Positions 61,095 through 64,000 of a DNA stretch of 64,000 nucleotides are shown here, piece by piece (the stretch's first letter is position 1; each line of letters opens with the position of its first letter). Location: assembly GCA_044070495.1 (NCBI GenBank), contig JBIPSI010000021.1, positions 26,833 to 90,832 of the forward strand. Reading direction: 5' to 3'. Origin of the DNA: Spirulina sp. GTDB taxonomy: Bacteria > Cyanobacteriota > Cyanobacteriia > Phormidesmidales > Phormidesmidaceae. A model generated the notes under the pieces. It saw nothing but the letters and a program-made list of their open reading frames with translations. It was not told the origin of the DNA and ran no database searches. The position numbers and the translations under genes were made by a program.

Positions 61095-63860
61095 CTAACG
61101 TTTGATAACACCTAGATAATTAGCCATGAGCTGCACGACCATTTCGGAATGAGGGGCAAGAGCTGGTAGGTAAAGCGAGATCGCCCCCTCAACCGCTGCT
61201 TTCAACTCTTCCCAGGATTGCGTATTGTGGCGAATGAAAGGTTCTAGTTTTTTGATGAGCTCATAATTGCTATCAATATCGCTAGCAACCATGGCTTTTT
61301 CCAGGGCGGGTAGATTGGTTGTCTTTTCAAATTCTGGTAAGACGCGGCTGACGAAGGTGACGCGATGCATGACTCGCCAGCAGGGGGGCTTTTTATCCGT
61401 TTGCTGAGCTTGCCGTAGGGCGATTGCGTTGGGATGTTGCCCCTGGCTTAACCAGATGGGGTCAACCACTTTGTTGAAAAATTCATCAAAGTTGCTGTTT
61501 CGTGGCTCCAGGTAGAAGCTCATAAAGCGATAGGCATCGACTTTGCCCGGTTTCTTTTTCGGTTGCGGGTTCAGCTGATCGCTTAAGTCCATAATCAAGT
61601 TGCCGTCAGCATCCTGTAATGAAAGATCCCCTTCCACGTCGAGTTCCACGTTCATGCCAAACGACGTTTCAGAATCTTTGCTCTTGGTCACCGTCAGATT
61701 GCGGTGACCACCAAACATCGCCTGAAGCTCAAAGCCGACTGCGGCTTTAGAAATGGCAATCTCTGCCGATAACGTTAGTCCTGCCATGCCCGTAAAGGAA
61801 TAGGAACCCCCGGTCACTTCCTGCTGAACATCCATCGTTTCGTTAGACTCGGCGAAGAGCCCACCATCGGCTGTCCAAACGTAGGTATTGACCAGATTGC
61901 GCTTAGCCAGGTTGGGTAGCGATGGATCTTTTTCCGAGCGTCCCCTATCTCCTGCATCAAACTGATCAAAATAGGCTTGCAGTTCTTCCTCTTCTCGCTG
62001 AATTGCCTGCTTCAAGCTATAGGCTTCGATCGGCTTGAAATAACTGATATTGGGGCTATAGGTTTTCGCATTGGGATAGTTGGGATCAACATCGTTACCG
62101 ACTTTGCCATCCAGCACCCCCTGCTTGGTATAGCGAGGGTTAATGGGAAACGTGATGATGTTCCAATCTTTGGGGATATCGGGATTAGGACGCATTTGGT
62201 AAGAAACCAGCGCGTTATTATGCCGCAGGCGCAAAGCGAAAATATCTGCCGTTTCCGACTGGACGAGGGCAAAGCCCACATTCAATGGGACGAAGCGTTT
62301 GCCCAGATCAGCATACTGGGCCTCGTTTTCCCAAAAGCCCTGCATCGTCATGGAACTGACTTTTGAAGTCGTCTTGCCGGTACCGGTGCTGGCATCATCA
62401 AGCCAACCCCGCGAATTTTCAAAACTGGCCGCTACCCCCACTTGCACGTCGGATTCCTCAAGGCTGGTGGCTAAGCCCAGGCCCGCATCGGTGTGGGACT
62501 TAAACCCGACTTGAGCCGATGTCGCAACGGACATATCGAAGCCTTTGTCTTTGGACGATGAATAGGTGTAAGTGGTGCTTTGGGCTTGGGTTAGCTCAAT
62601 TTTGCTGGCTCCAGCATAGTCTTGCCCTAGGGCCGCACTGCGGGCCGTCAGATTTTCGCTAGGTACCGGGGGAGCCCCTTCAATAAAGCCAATCAGTTGA
62701 GGATCGGTTTGCACCTGGCCAATCCACTCGGTGACCAGGCTACCCACCTTAAAGCCGGTGAGCAAATGCCACTGCTGGTCTTTGATGTAGCTATAGCAAC
62801 GCTTGAGGACACCGACCAAGTTGCCCGCGCTATCAACCTCTAGATCGCCGTATTCTTGCACCCCCGGCTGACTGTGAATGACATCTTGAAAAGCGGTTTT
62901 GACCCCAGCCAGAGCACTGCGCACCTGGGCAATATCACTACTGATGGGGGCAGTAGATAGGGCAAAAGTGTTCATGGGGTCGGGGCAATTCACCAGGGTC
63001 AGATGCTGACCCCGCAAAGATTGATCTTTGATCTCAGTCTTACTCTCGGCATCAAAGGTGTAGTAAGCAATCAGGTCATCGCGATCGCCCAACAGACGAG
63101 TAAACAGGTTATCGGTAATTTGCTCTTGGGTGCGGGCCACTTTCCAGATGCGGGTTTCTTCGATAAGCCCTTTAAAGCAGTCCGTCGGCTGCTGATTGCG
63201 TACCACCGCGCCTAGAGTAAATTGAGGACTCCCGCCCTCTGTTCCGGGGGCGGGATAATCTTCGGTTTGTAGGGGTTCGCCATTGGCGTAGAGGGTCAAG
63301 GGCGAGGCTTGTGGGCTGGGATCTTTAGCCCACTGACAGCCTGATTTGAGGGTGGCATGGTTGGTACTCTTGGCATCGGTGGCGATGTTGCCCGCGTTTT
63401 CAGTAAATTGCCACCAAGATACTAACCCCGATTCTGAGCCTTTAATTTCTCTGCCGATATCGGCAGATTTGCGGGCCGCACTCCAGAGGCGAACTTCGCT
63501 AATGATGCCAGCAAACGGTATTATCTGTGAGGTACCCATATCATTTCCGACATAGCTACGGCCAATTTCCAATGGTTGGGAGTTGCTGCCGACGTCAGGT
63601 TTGTCTTTGTGAGTGTAGGAACCCACTTCTTTTTGGTTGATGTAAAGCTTAATCGCCAGCCATTTCTGAATATTGACCCCGGTCACCTGACCGTCTTTGT
63701 CTTTAGTGGGGTCTACTTGGGTGTGCTGTTCACGGGTTACTGCGACTTTACAAAACTCGTTAGCGCGAACGGATGTGGTAGACACAAAAGACTGATTGGT
63801 GTGTTCGGTATCTTCAAACTCAAACTTAACTTTGCCGTCGCGGGTGAGGTAAAGCGAGTA
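61095..63860 (-). pseudogene. 3' part of a large LamG-repeat protein gene interrupted by IS5
   Basis: LamG motifs FAGIISEVRLW, FKGLIEETRIW, LVSWWQF; the frame stays open to YSLYLTRDGKVKFEFED right at the IS end. Confidence 0.8.
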
Positions 63861-63861
63861 A

Positions 63862-64000
63862 GAGGATATTTAAAAACACGGAGATGAGGTATTAAACCCC
63901 TCACGCGAGCCTCCGTAGCATGATGCGAATCATGGCGATGTGAATGAAGGCCTCCGAGGATTCGGGTAAGCGCTCGTAATCGACATTGAGGCGACGACAC
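63862..64000 (-). mobile_element. Right end of an IS5-family element (transposase C-terminus, stop at 63901)
   Basis: Minus frame CRRLNVDYERLPESSEAFIHIAMIRIMLRRLA*; TIR GAGGATATTTAAAAA next to a TAA target. Confidence 0.9.

Noticed and set aside
63737..64000. Track ORF of 87 aa
   Set aside because: Wrong frame; the region is the IS5 transposase end plus the interrupted LamG frame
56618..64000. tRNA-anchored genomic island
   Set aside because: No integrase or duplicated tRNA 3' end is seen, and the accessory DNA lies on the tRNA 5' side

Overview
Chromosomal window from a cyanobacterium (NDH-1 CO2-uptake genes ndhF4-ndhD4-cupB, rnpB, rbp-rpsU, an HpsO-like glycosyltransferase; probably a filamentous Leptolyngbya/Nodosilinea-like strain, which is an inference). 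It is mostly housekeeping genes (ureC, tatC, trpB, speA, bioF, gltA, lgt, pip, selO, rnc, tRNA-Glu) interleaved with toxin-antitoxin pairs, DUF29 genes, heptamer repeats, GTAG-REP elements and IS5-family MITEs. Main points of interest: (1) two tandem peptidoglycan hydrolases (an M15 peptidase and a GH24 lysozyme) that share an unrecognised 69-aa N-terminal leader, lack signal peptides and have no phage context; (2) a stand-alone archaeal/eukaryotic-type PheT with editing motifs intact but an altered alpha-interface Mg motif; (3) a pair of AAA_35/STAND-like NTPases, one fused to a GGDEF domain and one to TM-WD40; (4) a glutamine riboswitch plus NtcA box in front of a 56-aa DUF4278 gene missed by the ORF track; (5) an IS5-disrupted LamG protein whose C-terminal half has features of a pore-forming toxin. 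All family calls come from motif recognition by eye; no database search was run.
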